From positions 5,146,001 through 5,210,000 of the forward strand of contig NC_043006.1 of assembly GCF_006345805.1 (NCBI RefSeq): DNA of 64,000 nucleotides. Reading direction: 5' to 3'. Source of the DNA: Octopus sinensis. Its lineage: Eukaryota. This document shows positions 26,158 to 41,247 of the stretch, piece after piece; the stretch's first letter is position 1; each line of letters begins with the position of its first letter. The notes under the pieces are model-generated. The model ran no database searches and was not told the origin of the DNA. It was given only the letters and a program-made list of their open reading frames with translations. The translations under genes were made by a program, and so were the position numbers.

Positions 26158-26921
26158 TTAATATTATTTTAATAGTAACATTATTTGGTAGGTGTGTGAG
26201 GCCGGATTTGGCTGGTTTTAACATAAAACTGCTAGAATATTTGGGATAGAAATGGCTAGTTGAAATGCTAAAGGGTTCAGGATGTGCTTTCACCAAGAGA
26301 AAACGTTGGTGATGTCAATTAGGGCGATTCTGAAAGCACTAGTCGAATGCTGTTCATCGTTCGATGATGTTTTCTAAATATGGTAGCGTTTGTTTTCTCT
26401 TGCTGTTGAAAGAGTCAAGACATACATATGAAGATTGAAGGATACTTTCGAGGTCTCAGTTCAGGAGACCTGTGTGTGTTTAGCATCTTAGCTGCGAATA
26501 CCTGATGTATGGTTACAGAATGTTAGTGAGGAATGAAAGGCAGTGCTTCGTGCGTGTCGGCGTTGTTCGATGTGGCGTGAAGTAAGTTGTTGATGTGTAG
26601 AAAGAAGAAAGAGGGAGGACAAAACCGAACCATGGAGCACAGAACTGAAAAAGGTCCGCCAATATAGCAGTCATACTAGAAGGCAGCTATTCATGAGATG
26701 AGAGAATGATGGAGTCCATAGACAGAAAGTTTCGATGAGGGATACGCATGCCAGATACAGTTGATGTCGAAGGTAACAAAATTATACTTTCACTGAATAC
26801 TTTTATGGCAAAACTCACTGGTATATAACAGGGGAGTAGGTCCCCAGTGGATCTGGCTTTACGAAAACCATACTAGAGGTCAATATACAAATTGAAACAA
26901 AATTATATAAATTTACGCAAT

Positions 26922-26997
<76 letters not shown>

Positions 26998-27059
26998 ACA
27001 CACACACAAACAAAGATACCCGGCCTTGCTCGGGTTTAAAACAGCATAGTTTTCTTTTA

Positions 27060-28010
27060 TTGCTTTACTTGTTTCGGTCATGTGACTGCGGCCATGCTGG
27101 AGCACTGCCTTTGGTCGAAGAAATCTACCCCAGAGTTTATTTTTTGCAAGCCTAGTACTTATTCTATCTGTTTGTTTTGCCAGACGGTTAAGCTACGGAA
27201 TTGTAAACACAACAACATCGGTTGTCAAGCGATGGTGGGGGTACAAACACTCACACATTCACATGCATACATACATAAACATACACACATACATATATAG
27301 AGATAGATACATACACATATATATAATATAAATAATATACATATGCATATATACAAGCGTATATGTACATAGTTACATATATACATATGCATATGTGGAC
27401 ACAAGACCTCACAGAATGTAAACAACAAAAAATACGAAAATATGGAATACGAAATACGAATGCATGGAACATGGACTTATTTTGCAAACAACGAAGGAAA
27501 CAAATGGAAAACAAGATACGCAACATAAAGAACGACCCCTCATCAGTTGTCGGCTGTTTTTCTTATCAGTATTTCGAGCATTTCATGACAAGTTATGCCT
27601 TCGATAAAACAGTTGCTCCCGCAATGCAAATTAAATAAAATTTGGGATTTTGCGGAAGGTCAAAATTGGTAACAAAAACATGACAGTGAAAATAAATATG
27701 AAGGGCTGCTAAGCCTAAACGAAGTGAGGTAGAGAACGTGAAGAAGCAAGCTTCGACAGGAGACAGACAAGAATACGTCTGATTCGTTCAGCTGTATAAG
27801 GAGGAAAGAAAGAAACACAAGTTAGAGAAAGAAGGAAAGATGGCCGATGGTCACGTAGGAGCCACGAGAGAGCAAAGGCGGAAGAGTGAGGGAGAGAAAG
27901 TGACAGACAGAGAACGGCGAAGGGAAGAGAAAAGATTAGAGAAAGGATAAGACAGAAAAAAACGAGAGGGGATAAGGGGAGATAAAAATAATTAGAGAGA
28001 AGAGAGAAAA
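27060..28010 (-). mobile_element. OR2-like tail fragment followed by a Penelope-terminal-repeat-like segment
   Basis: The SINE tail at 27060-27250 is clear. 27390-28010(-) contains gacaactgatgagggg, similar to gacagctgatgataggg at ~18070, and a long CT-rich stretch. Confidence 0.45.
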
Positions 28011-28214
28011 CGAAACAGTGCTAAAATAATAGAGTAATAGAATAATAGAATAATGGGATAGAATAGAATAGAAAGTTTCGCATCAGAATTATTAAGATCA
28101 ATCTTACTTGGAAATGGATGCATGACGTTCAATCATATAATAATATAAATAATATATATATGCATATATGCATATATGCATACGTATATATACATGCATA
28201 TATATATATATATG

Positions 28215-28256
<42 letters not shown>

Positions 28257-28499
28257 TATATATATATATATACCGCAGTGTCTTTCCTATCCACAGTCTA
28301 TATACGTAAAGTATGATACATAGATATGTATATTATTGTACGTATTATCATGCAAAATATTTATAAAAATAGTATAAATCGTTAGTGTGATAAGATATCA
28401 AACTGACACTCCACAGCAATACCCCTTTTCAATTTTAATGATTTTCTTTTAATTATAAAGTATTCTGTGACATATGTATCGCTAGCATGTGTTCAAAAT

Positions 28500-28680
28500 C
28501 AGAGCCTGATTTGAGCCCTGGAGAAGTTGGTAAGAAAGCCAAACTCGTTATCTTTAATTTGGTTTCCGTGCCCATCTTCACCTATAGTTATGAATACTGA
28601 GTAATAACCGAAAAAGTACGATAGCGAATACAAGCGACTGAAATGACGTTCTTCCGAAGGATCCTTTGAGTAAATAACGC
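28500..28680 (+). mobile_element. Decayed RTE-clade LINE remnant
   Basis: KAKLVIFNLVSVPIFTYSYEY*VITEKVR*RIQATEMTFFRRIL resembles RTE KxKLxIFxSxxxPxLTYGxExW...RIQAxEMxFLRRI. Confidence 0.7.
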
Positions 28681-28817
28681 GTTAACAAAGAATTTTTTTT
28701 CAGTGGAATACCGTTGTGCAGAATATATCAATGGTATTTGAACCAATTCTGTAAGTTCAGAGTAACGTAAACAACTTATCTTTATCAACTAGCTTATATA
28801 CTAAGATTGCGTTATGT

Positions 28818-29050
28818 AAGGCGGCGATCTGGCAGGAACGTTAGCACGCCGGGCGAAATGCGTAGCCGTATTTCGTCTGTCGTTATATTCCGAGTTCAAA
28901 TTCCGCTGAGGTCGACTTTGCCTTTCATCCTTTCAGGGTCGATAAATTAAGTACCAGTTATGCACTGGGGTCGATGTAATCGACTTAGTACCTTTGTCTG
29001 TCCTGGTTTGTCCCTTCTGTGTTTAGCCCTTTGTGGGTAGTAAAGAAATA
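28818..29050 (+). mobile_element. OK-like SINE monomer with 20-bp TSD
   Basis: ctaagattgcgttatgtaag occurs on both sides. Confidence 0.93.
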
Positions 29051-29261
29051 TATATGCTAAGATTGCGTTATGTAAGCAAAAAGCAATGTCCCCATAAGGA
29101 ATCTTCGATCAAATCTCTACACAGGATTGAAACTAGTTCGGCTGTGCCCTCTTCTTCTACCCACGAAGAAATTGTTTATAAAGGCAAGGTGTTTACATTC
29201 GTCTGTTCCAATCCACTTCAAAGAATTCTGTATTTGAACTAAAACGCTAATTGAATATATA

Positions 29262-29490
29262 TTTCTTTACTACCCACAAGGGGCTAAACACAGAGGGGAC
29301 AAACAAGGACAGACAAACGGATTAAGTCGATTATATCGACCCCAGTGCGTAACTGGTACTTAATTTATCGACCCCGAAAGGATGAAAGGCAAAGTCGACC
29401 TCGGCGGAATTTGAACTCAGAACGTAACGGCAGACGAAATACGGCGACGCATTTCGCCCGACGTGCTAACGCTTCTGCCAGCTCACCGCC
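29262..29490 (-). mobile_element. OK-like SINE monomer with 16-bp TSD
   Basis: acgctaattgaatata occurs on both sides. Confidence 0.93.
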
Positions 29491-30441
29491 ACGCTAATTG
29501 AATATAGACGAAGGCCAACAGTTGTAGCATCATTTAAAAGCGCATCAAAAATAGCAATAGGAATGACATCACCTTCTTAAAAGCACATTAGCATTAAAAA
29601 GCATGATATGGCAGAAACAAAACCGAAAAAAGTGTGTGGGTAGTTAAGAAAAAGAAAAGAAAAAAAAATGTATCTGACCGACCATAGAAAATATGACTCA
29701 AGAAAGTTATGGCTGCGAAGCACAGAAGTTGTGAATCTAACAGAATTAGAAAAAAGGGGAAGACGATGTGGTGAGATCTCGTAACGAGAAAGCGAAATTG
29801 TGTGTCACTGAAAAGTAAATTATGAATCTATGTTATAAAAATACGGTAGCTGACAACGTGCTTTTTAAGAGTGAATGTGGGGGTGGTTCTTGAAGATGTA
29901 TTTCCGAAGCAAAACCAGTGCATATATTTAATTATGTATATATCCACCTGCTACACGTCGTCAAAACAAGCTTTTCTTTGGTGTCATAATTTTCTTGCCG
30001 TCGCTTAGCTCCCATACATGCTTATAAATACATATAACATACACATCTCAACACACTCGAAGACACGCACACAGCAGTAGATAAACACATACATGTATGT
30101 ATAAACACATGCACGCATATGCACAGAACTACTTCTAAACTGTTGAGATCAAACATGTTTCACTCCCACATAGATACGAAACTTTTTTTCATGATACAAT
30201 TCATAGAATTATGAAAACAGAAGCATACAGCAGGCAATTAAAATATATCTGCACTACCATATATAATAAGATACGCATACACACACACGTATAGCGATGT
30301 AGGCAATCATATGTAAATTTATATTTATATATGGATCTATTTCTTTGTGAACCCGCTTTCAGTAACCACTTGTATTTATTTTACTTTCCCTGCCTTATTT
30401 GCAGCCTTAAATTTCTGTCAATGTTTTATATATTTTTCGCT

Positions 30442-30485
<44 letters not shown>

Positions 30486-30775
30486 ACATGTAACATTATT
30501 GACCGAGGTTACCGTGGTCTTTTCCGTAGGCTTTTCTTTTCACGGATAAACCTTATCTGTTTCCCCCTTTACACTTTACATCATGACATTTCTGTGATAC
30601 ACGATCCCTATTGATCGTTTTTTCTTTTTTCTTTCCTTTTTTTCTTTTCCCTTTTACGGTCCCTTTTGATCGAAAACCTACCCCACTTTTTTTTTCTCTC
30701 TCCCCAAAAACAGAAAAGCTCTACTTTGTAATCTGTCCCGTCTGTGTGCATCCCTGTGTGGCTAATAAAGAAACA

Positions 30776-30913
<138 letters not shown>

Positions 30914-31279
30914 GCTTTCTCGCACTTTCCCTCTCGCCTCTTCTGTCTCTAAATTTATGTTGGTCAGAAACTGTTAATTTGACCATCCATGAAATTTTAC
31001 GTCCCATAAAAAGAAAAAAAAAGATTGTTTGTCTTTATCTTATCTGTATCCCGATATCGCACATCTGTTTCATCAATAGATAATATTTGGAATAATGTTT
31101 TACGGTAAACAAAATAAGAAAACTTACAATTACTTTTTAACAAAGTCTAAATATGTAACCAACATTTTGAAAAGTCATCACTTCGCCGATTCTTTCATTT
31201 TATGAATGAAACTCTTGGAACGAGAGTAGGTTTTGATGTTAATGCATTTCTTCTTTCGCAATGTTGAGCTTAATGTAAT

Positions 31280-31332
31280 TTTCTTCTTCTTCTTCTTCTT
31301 CTTCTTCTTCTTCTTCTTCTTCTTCTTCTTCT
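31280..31332. repeat. (TTC)n microsatellite
   Basis: Direct reading. Confidence 0.97.
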
Positions 31333-31792
31333 GCATGAGAATAGTGTTGTTTGACACAACCAATTGTCTCCACCCTTACCTTCAGAACCATTGCTCTGTT
31401 AACCTTTTCCCTACTTCAGCGCTATCAGAATGCTTTACCATACCCGACCTTTTAGTTGCTGTTGTTGTTGCTAATATCTATTTCAAGATGTCATTATCGT
31501 AGCTTCGTCTCATAAATCGCAAGAAGCGAACCGAAATTGATGCAACTCAAGGAGGAACAAATGGAAGGAAAAAACTAAAAAAAAAAAGTCTAAACAAAAT
31601 AACACGAGATATCAGGTTCAAAGACTATCATGGAGCGTTGCCAATGTTAGATCCTGGCATATCGTTTTCAGCCAAAAAATAAAAAAAGTAGGTGAGAAGC
31701 CTGCTTTTTTCTTTTCCTTCATCAAGAAAGTTCATAAAATTACTGATATGAAAATATGTAAATATATACAAATATAAATAACTCGTCTACTC

Positions 31793-31796
31793 GCTC

Positions 31797-31861
<65 letters not shown>

Positions 31862-31866
31862 TTTCT

Positions 31867-31908
<42 letters not shown>

Positions 31909-31964
31909 TTCCTTTCTTTCTTTCTTTCTTTATATATTTCTTTCTTTGTTTCTTTCCTTCTTCC

Positions 31965-31985
<21 letters not shown>
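31793..31985. repeat. (TTTC)n/(CT)n polypyrimidine tract
   Basis: Direct reading. Confidence 0.97.
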
Positions 31986-31998
<13 letters not shown>

Positions 31999-32412
31999 CG
32001 ACACATACGCAAACACATACGTGCGTTCATATACATACAGTCACATCAGAAACGAAAAAAACAAACACTTTAGAATCGTTGATAATTTAAAAGACCAAAA
32101 TACGTATAATTACTCTTCAATAGCTTGGCATGATTGTTCGTCATTGAAACCACACCTCTGAAAGTAAAGAGAGTTACATAAAAATTGGAGATACTTCTGA
32201 TGTGCAAGCTTGCATATAGAAGAAACAGTATAAATTCCATTTACATCTTCCATCTATTGACTGTACTATCTTAACTATTGGTAAAGTACTTTTAAAGTTC
32301 GTAGATTACTTACAATCGCTGATATAATAACGTATTTTTCCAGTCGATGTAAAAAAAAAAAAAAAGGAAAAAACGGAAGAAAACAAAACGTTTTCTAAAA
32401 CGTCTCAATATT

Positions 32413-32655
32413 TTAGTTAGTTAGTTAGTTAATTTGGTTAAAAGCAAATAGCAAGGCCATGTAGGGGGGACATGGAGTTAAGTACAGGGTGGTGTTCATG
32501 TAAAGAGTTCAGGCCACTTGAGGTCAAGGGAGACTTTAAACAAAGCGGTCGTCGGCATCTTCACCATCTCGTCTGGCAGCTTGTTCCACGGATCCGCAAC
32601 CCGGACGGAGAAAGCTCCTCTCCTTCGATTGAGATGAAATCGTCGCAGGTAGAGC
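32413..32655 (-). mobile_element. CR1 LINE 3' fragment
   Basis: Near-identical to 3125-3370, with a (TAAC)n tail. Confidence 0.92.
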
Positions 32656-32899
32656 AGAACTAGCCAGCATGTCGCGCATTTTAATATCTATCTGGAATAT
32701 TATTCACCCACTCCTTTCCCTCGTGATGAATATCATTCCAATTATTAATCAACATCACATATTTTCAATGAACCTTTTTGAAGCAAGTTAGAAGAGGAAG
32801 GGCAGTGCGCATGGCATGTGTATGATCTCCATATTTGGTAAGGTCAATGTAACTTATTCTTCCGTTTGAGCTTTTCAAAGTCGCTGTCCGAAATAAATT

Positions 32900-33318
32900 A
32901 ATCTTATTGCTTTACTGCCCACAAGGAGCTTACACACAGAGGGGGACAAACAAGGACAGACAAACGGATTAAGTCGATTACTTTGACCCCAGTGTGTAAC
33001 TGGTACTTATTTAATCGACCCCGAAAGGATGAAAGGCAAAGTCGACTTCGGCGGAATTTGAACTCAGAACGTAACGGCAAACAAAATACCTATTTCTTTA
33101 CTACCCATAAGGGGCTAAACACAGAGAGGACAAACAAGGACAGACAAAAGGATTAAGTCGATTATATCGACCCCAGTGCGTAACTGGTACTTATTTAATC
33201 GACACCGAAAGGATGAAAGGCAAAGTCGATCTCGGCGGAATTTGAACTCAGAAACGTAAGGACGGACGAAATACGGCTAAGTATTTCGCCCGGCATGCTA
33301 ACGTTTCTGCCAGCTCAG
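32900..33318 (-). mobile_element. OK-like SINE apparent dimer
   Basis: Minus-strand junction taaagaaata|ggtatt at 33086-33090. Confidence 0.9.
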
Positions 33319-33499
33319 GATATAAATTACTAAGTGTTACAGCTCTGGGTAGAAGAGCAAATTTGCGAAATTTGGAAGGTGAAACAGTCAATATGAAATG
33401 AGGAGAGGAAGATGATTCGACAAGACCTGGTTGGAGGGTGCATGCTGTAGCTTGTGTAGAAGAGCACTTTAAAAGAAACTGTAGTAGATTATTGGATAT

Positions 33500-33829
33500 T
33501 TAGTTAGTTAGTTAGTTAGTTAATTTGGCTCAAAAGCAAATAGCAAGGCCATGTAGGGGGACATGGAGTTTAGTACAGGGTGGTGTTCATGTAAAGAGTT
33601 CAGGCCACTTGAGGTCCAGGGAGGCTTTGAACAAAACGGTCGTCGGCATCTTCACCATCCCGTCTGGCAGCTTGTTCCACGGATCCGCAACCCAGACGGA
33701 GAAAGCTCCTCTCCTTCGATTGAGATGAAATCGTCGCAGGTAGAGCTTTTCGGAATGACCCCGTAGCCGACGCTCTGGAGCAGGAGTGAAGAACAGCTCT
33801 TTCGAGAGGTTGCACTTTCCGCTTATGAT
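33500..33829 (-). mobile_element. CR1 LINE 3' fragment
   Basis: ORF 33587-33877(-) carries the same CR1 C-terminal peptide. Confidence 0.92.
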
Positions 33830-34229
33830 ATTAATACAGTCTAGGACGTACGTGTGAGTCGCAACTGCATCAGACATATTTATTGAACATTGTGGCCCCC
33901 AAATTGCTTTTTGCCTCTATATGGTTGCGGCATCCCTTCGTTTGTGTGTGTGTGAGTGTGTGTGTAGCACCAGGTGTTATATCGATAACAATAAACACTT
34001 GTGTGAAATAATGTAACTTAGAGCTCCGACAAATAGAGTTCGATAAAATAAATACCAGACAGAAATAAGTACCAGAGTCATTTGTGATCGGCTAAAACCC
34101 TAGGAAATGTTGCTCCAGCATGGCCATAGTCCGCTCACGGAAACTAGTAAAAGAAAAGACTAAGCAAAAATGCAATGCAATTCTCTTTAGGTTTTTGAAT
34201 TATTTTCTGATTCTAAAGAAGCAGTTGCA

Positions 34230-35065
34230 GGTGTGTGGCTGGAAACTTGCTTTCCAATCACGTGGTCTTTAGTTCCGTCTCACTGCGTGGAACCTTGGGC
34301 TAGCGTCTTTTGCTATGTGTGCCCGCTGGGGCTGACTAAAATTTCGTGAATGAATTTGGTGGTCAGAAACTGAAAGGAACTGGTAGAAACGTTAGCACGC
34401 CGGGCGAAATGCTTAGCGGTATTTCGTCTGCCGCTACGTTCTGAGTTCAAATTCCGCTGAGGTCGACTTTGCCTTTCATCCTTTCGGGGTCGACTAAATA
34501 AGAACTAGTTAGCACTGGGGTCGATATAATCGACTCAATCTGTTTGTCTGTCCTTGTTTGTCCTCTCTGTGTTTAGCCCTTTGTAGGTAGTAAAGAAATA
34601 GGTATTTCGTCTGCCGCTATGTTCTGAGTTCAAATTCCGCCGAGGTCGACTTTGCCTTTCATCCTTTCGGGGTCAATAAACTAAGTACCAGTTACGCACT
34701 GGGGTCGATGTAATCGTCTTAATCCGTTTGTCTGTCCTTATTTGTCCCCTCTGTGTTGTCCTCTTGTGGGTAGTAAAGAAATAAGAAACTGAAAGGAGTT
34801 CATCGTCTATATGTATATGTTTGCGCGCGCGCATGTCTGCGCTTGTGTGAGAGTGTATGTGTGCGTGTGTGTTTGTGTTTGTCCCCCCTCCCACTGCTGG
34901 ATAACCAGTACTGGTTTGTTTACATCTCCGTAACCCAGCTGTTCGGCATAAGAGACCGGTAGCATAAGTACCAAGCTTAAAAAAATAAATACTAAAGGCG
35001 GTACCCCAGTATGGCCGCAATTCAATGACTGAAGCAAGTAAAAGATAAACGATAAAAGATAAAAA
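34230..35065 (+). mobile_element. OR2-like SINE interrupted by an OK-like dimer (~34378-34783)
   Basis: 14-bp TSD agaaactgaaagga flanks the nested dimer. Dimer junction at 34601. Confidence 0.88.
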
Positions 35066-35313
35066 ACCTCGTATTTAGAACAGGTTTGATGCTGCTGTGT
35101 ATGTGAGACCATCTTGACAGATAATTAGAGATTATGAAGAATGGCATTTTTGGTGACTTTCGCCAAAGTTTTATATATGTGTAACGCAGAAGAGAATGGC
35201 TTACAGAAGTCTTTCCTGTGTAGATTGATTGCTGTTGAAGGACAGAGTTAGTCGTGTCAACAGTGAAAGATTATTTCGACGTCACTCTTTACGACAGCAG
35301 TTGAAGATGTTTT

Positions 35314-35692
35314 GGTATAAGGTGTCTTTACGGCCGCGAGTTGGCAGAAACGTTAGCACGCCGGGCGAAATGCGCAGCCGTATTTCGTCTGTCGTTACGT
35401 TCTGAGTTCAAATTCCACCGAGGTTGACTTTGCCTTTCATCCTTTCGGGGTCGATAAATTAAGTACCAGTTACGCACTGGGGTCGATGTAATCGACTTAA
35501 TACCTATGTCTGTCCTTGTTTGTCCTCTCTGTGTTTAGCCCCTTGTGGGTAGTAAAGAAATAGGTATAAGGTGTCTTTACGGCCGCGAGTTGGCAGAAAC
35601 AGTAGCACGCCGGGCGAAATGCGTAGCCGTATTTCGTCTGTCGTTACGTTCTGAGTTCAAATTCCGCCGAGGTCGACTTTGCCTTTCATCCT
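35314..35692 (+). mobile_element. OK-like SINE followed by a repeat of its 5' flank and 5' third
   Basis: ggtataaggtgtctttacggccgcgagttggcagaaac occurs at 35314 and 35563. Confidence 0.9.
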
Positions 35693-36246
35693 TGGTGTCT
35701 TGGTGGTGTGTAGATGATGATGGTTAAGGTTGAGTTAAGGGTGTTATTAAATGCGTAAGGGTGTGTGTATGTTTGTGTATGTGTGTAAGTGCGTAAGTGT
35801 GTGTCTGTGTGTGAGCGGTTTGAAGGGAGAAGATAATTTATGTGCATATTGAAGAGAGTAGAAGATGTGGCCCACTGTAAGGGTACCGTCAACCCATGCT
35901 GTGTTGGGAAGGTCTGACAGGAAACGTCCGATTTAAGAAATGAAAATGGATTTAATTTAGTGAGAATCCACGCAGGAAATATACGCAAAATTTACTTGGG
36001 TAAAGTTGGTTTGGCGAATTCGGTCTTCACTGGGTTAATTTTGGTGGTTGGGTGGGGTCATCAATAATAATATCAAGTTATACAATAACAAAAACGGGGA
36101 CGGGATGGAAATGAATGGATTTCAACAATTTGAAAAAAGTGAAAAAAAAAAAAGAAAAAAAAAAGAAAATGCGTAAAAAGACGAAGATATATTTTCGTTA
36201 TTTCCTTCACTTGTTCCCTTTCCTCTACTTTTTCCCTCTTTTCTGC

Positions 36247-36277
<31 letters not shown>

Positions 36278-37149
36278 ACGTTAGTTTAGCTGCCACTCTG
36301 TGGATGATAGTTGTACAAACATTAAACTGAAACTACACAGCGGCCAATTCCGGCAGCTAACAGGTGGCTGGCTGGCAGCCTGCTCAGGAATTGGGACAAA
36401 CATTACAGCACCTCTTCCTGCTAATCCTCATTCCTACCCATTTATATTTTACTCTTATCAACTTCTCTATTTCGCTCTGTTTGCAACTTAGGAGTCCCTC
36501 ATCTTTTTTATAGCTCATTTCTGCCCAAGCCTTTCTCTTTTATCGTTATCTATATGACATAGCCTTGCCTACTCTCTCCTCTTTCCTCACATCTCTGATT
36601 ACATCTTCCTTAAATTCATTATATTTTTATTTAGCACTTAATCTTTTGCTTTTCCTGAAGAAATATCTAAAGGAAGTTTTTTAGAATATTAAAGAACTCA
36701 ACTAAAGCTGTCACTTTTACTTTAAAACCTACATTTCTCCCAAACATTTTTTTTTATGTGTATTTAAGTCTACACTAGTTTGGTTATATAGTTTCTCATT
36801 TAGCGGCCTCCAGTGCCCCACCCTCGGGTCGCTTAACTGTTTTACTACTCTACCCGACACTCTTTCATCCACTTTCATTGAAACGGTTCACCACTGTTAC
36901 TCCTTCTGTGTTTTCTTTCTACCTCTCTTCTCCTACTACTGCTCCTCAAACTCTCTGTCTGCTACTCTCACTCTCTCAACCTGTCACCAATCACAGTAAT
37001 ACGAACAACTTGAAGATAAGACCACGTAACAGGCATCTCAGATGACGGCAGAGAAGTACTATCGACGTTGAACAGATTAAGTTATAACGCTTATGACCAA
37101 ACACCGTGTATGTGTGTGAGTCTGTATGCATGTGCATCTATGTATACGC

Positions 37150-37800
<651 letters not shown>

Positions 37801-39142
37801 TAAATTAACAGGCATAAAGAGACCAATTTAAGAGGGGGTGGGAGAAGGGGGAAGAGAGGCGCAAGAAAGGTTCAAATAAAAAGAGAGATAGAGAGGGGAG
37901 ATAGCTTTTGAGAACGTATATGTAAATATTTATAGATAAATGTTGAGGCTGTCTTATATACTTTACTCCCATTCTCCGTTTCCATTCGCTCTGCAATTGA
38001 CTCGCTCAGACTGTAAATCACTCTTGTTCCATAAACGCACACAGCCACACTCACACACATATACACACACATACACATTGTAGAAACTGTTCTACATACA
38101 CCACACAGAGACATACTCTTTGACACAATTACGTATATACACAAAACATACAGGCACATACATTCTACACAGTTACACATACGCACATACATAAACTCAC
38201 TCGTTATAGACATAGTTACACAACGCACACAGACACACGCAAACATTGACGCATACACACACTCACACACATACTCATTTATTTCAAATAGGAAATACAT
38301 ATATCTTGAAGAATTACTCTAATACTCGGTATGGGGCAGGGAAGTTGAATAATAGGGAGTCAGTTACATTTATATAGCACAACATTAATGGCTCTGGTCC
38401 CTCTTTTCCTCGCGGATCTTCAACATGAAACGCCAAACTCTTATCAAAACTAAACAAGATCCGTGACATTTTGCCATACAGTCGTACAATGTCAAAGGGA
38501 TATGTCATAAATTTTAATTTCTACATTTCCTCTCATGCGTTTGTGATAGAGAATTATTAATTAATTTAACTATAATTATATTAAAATCTAACAGTAATTT
38601 TAATTAATAAATATGTATTTATAATACTATACAATCAAAAATGTTCAAAGGATAGTTAAAGTAATTGCTAACGATTATTAGAAAATAAAATTCGAAATAT
38701 TCCCGCAGTATATTCTTCGTAAATGTCTAAGAACGTTTTTCATAAAACCAAACAAGCATCAAACAAATACGAAGCACAGTTCCTCTTACAGAACTTAAGT
38801 TTCATCTTATTAAGTCCAATTCTTATCCGACAAAATTGTTAGCGGGCCCGAGGAAATCGTTTAGTGACATTTTTTCCGACTCTTTAATATTCTGAGTTCA
38901 AATACCACTAAGGTCAACTTTGTTTTTCAAGGTCGTTAAAATAAAGTACCAATTGAGTAGTGAGGTCGATGTAATCGACCAAGTCTTCACGCTAGAATTG
39001 CTAGCCTTGTACCAAAATCAGAAATCATTATGTTGAATGTTTTATGCCGAAGCAGCATTTTAGCAAGATCTATTATATTTTTGGTATTGCATTAAATTAA
39101 ATTAAATTATAGATTTAATAATCAGTTCAGCAATTTATAGAA

Positions 39143-39448
39143 TTTTTATGCGCCCTTTTCAAGCCTACCCAGGCTCATGGGCCCGGTTTCCCGGTTTCTG
39201 TGGCGTATGTGTTCCCCCCAGCTGGACGGGACGCCAGTCCATCGCAGCATTACTCAAGAAACAGGAAGAAAGAGTGAGAGAAAGTTGTGGCGAAGGAGTA
39301 CAACAGGGGTTCCCCCCCCTGTCGAAGCCTCGTGGAGCTTTTAGATGTTTTCGCTCAATAAACACACACAACGCCCGGTCTGGGAATCGAACCCGTGATA
39401 CTCCGATCGCGAGTCCGCAACCCTAACCACTTGGCCATTGCGCCTCCT
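39143..39448 (-). mobile_element. OR1-like tRNA SINE
   Basis: Minus strand gaggcgcaatggccaagtggttaggg...ggttcgattccc (A/B boxes). Matches 13475-13735 and 43930-44110. Confidence 0.88.
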
Positions 39449-39924
39449 CAATTTATAGAATATAGTACTGTAAATAATATTAAGCGAATAAATGTCTTTT
39501 AATTAAAGAAATACTACTGGTTTGATGATAAGATGAGTGAAATATAAGCAAATTCATTAAAAGATTATTTTACCATGTTGCAGTGGCTTTACTGTATTTT
39601 TCTGGTATTAAAAAAAACCCAAAGGTTCCATGGCGCTCATGAGCGACAGGTTTTTATGTTGAACAAGTAGAGAGACTTGGCAGGGCCCTGTTGTTGACCA
39701 TTCTTTTTATATTGATGTGATAACCGTAACAATTATGACTCTTGTACTCCAGCTGACTGTATTTATGAGGTAACATGAATATGAACCTATAATATATTTT
39801 ACCAGTCAAAGTCTGCTGTGAGATGTTACAGTGTTCCAAGTCTCTCTTGATGAAGATTCCAAAATGTATCTTAGGGAATATCACATATCTTAAATATTTT
39901 CCAAGAATTTAATGTAACTGTTGC

Positions 39925-41247
39925 TTTGTTTTCAAATTTTGGCACAAGGCCAACAATTGCAGGAGGAGCTAAGTCGATTACATTGACCGCTGTATTCAAC
40001 TGGTACTTAATTTATAGACCCCGAAAAGATGGAAGGCAAAGTCGACCTCAGCGGAATTTAAACTCAGAACGTAAGACGGACGAAATGCTGCTTAGCATTT
40101 TTGCCCAGCGCGTTAACGATTCTGTCAGCTCACTGCCTTAGTCTTCGAATATATATATTGCTCTCAAATTTTGGAAAAAGCCAGCAAATTAGGGGAAGGG
40201 CGTAAGTTGATTTACATCGACCCTAGTGATTAACTGGTGCTTATCTTATCGGCCCCTAAGGGATGAGAGGCAAAGTTGACCTCGGCGGAATTTGAACTGA
40301 AAACATAAAAATGGAAGAAATGCCGCTAAGCATTTTGCCCGTAGTACTAATGACTTTTCTTGCTCGCCGCCTTAGTTTTCGAATATATATTGACTCCAAA
40401 TTCATTGCGAATTTGATGTACACATGTGATGGATAGGTTACCTAATGATTCTAAAAAGAAAAAAAACCCACTTAATCAGTAGTCCGTAAAGCGAGTCTAA
40501 ATAATCAACAATTACACCTACTGTAGGAAGAAAAAAGAAACATTATATAAGTGTCTTAGTGTTGTCAAGAAAAGCAAGAGAGACAAATCCGAAACTTAAA
40601 TTGCTTAAAATTGACTAGATATAAGATTGTGGTCATGCAAGGAGGAGTGGATCAGATATGTTTACAACGAAGCTCACTCCCAAGTATGGTGGCCTTATCC
40701 ACCAGTTTAATTCTATTTGTATCTGTTTTCACTACATCGGAATAAAATTGGTCATTATTTACTTTTTCAATCGCTTTGTTTACAGTTGTGATTTTGCAAC
40801 CATAAAAAGAAAATGGCCTCCTAACTTTAATTATATTTTTTTCCTTTTTTACTATGGGCACAAGGCCTGAAATTTGGGGGGAGGGGGATAGTCGATTTCA
40901 TCGACACCAGTGCGTACTTATTTCATTGACCCCAAACGGATGAAAGGCAAAGTCGACCTCGGTGGAATTTGAACTCAGAACGTAGCGGCAGACGAAATAC
41001 CTACTTCTTTACTATCCACAATACTACCCACAAGGGGCTAAACACAGAAGGGACAAACAAGGACAGACAAACGGATTAAGTCGATTACATCGACATCAGT
41101 GTTTAACTGGTACTTAATTTATCGACCTCGAAAGGATGAAAGGCAAAGTCGACCTAGGCGGAATTTGAACTCAGAGCGTAACGGCGGACGAAATACCGCA
41201 AAGCATTTCGCCCGGCGTGCTAACGTTTCTGCCAGCTCGCCGCCTTA
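39925..41247 (-). mobile_element. Cluster of OK-like SINEs (39925-40140, 40160-40375, dimer 40850-41247)
   Basis: Reverse-complement matches; dimer junction at 40997-41001. Confidence 0.85.
40678..40731 (-). other. Candidate 54-nt phase 1-1 exon
   Basis: ttttattccgatgtag|TG AAA ACA...CTT GGG A|gtgagc, reading KTDTNRIKLVDKATILG. Not directly phase-linked to the other candidates. Confidence 0.25.

Noticed and set aside
26170-26700. Possible decayed retroelement coding sequence
   Set aside because: No motif could be recovered with confidence by eye.
38314-38508. ORF with YPFDIVR resembling the mitochondrial-carrier motif
   Set aside because: Only 7 residues match, the rest does not fit a carrier helix, and the acceptor lacks a pyrimidine tract.
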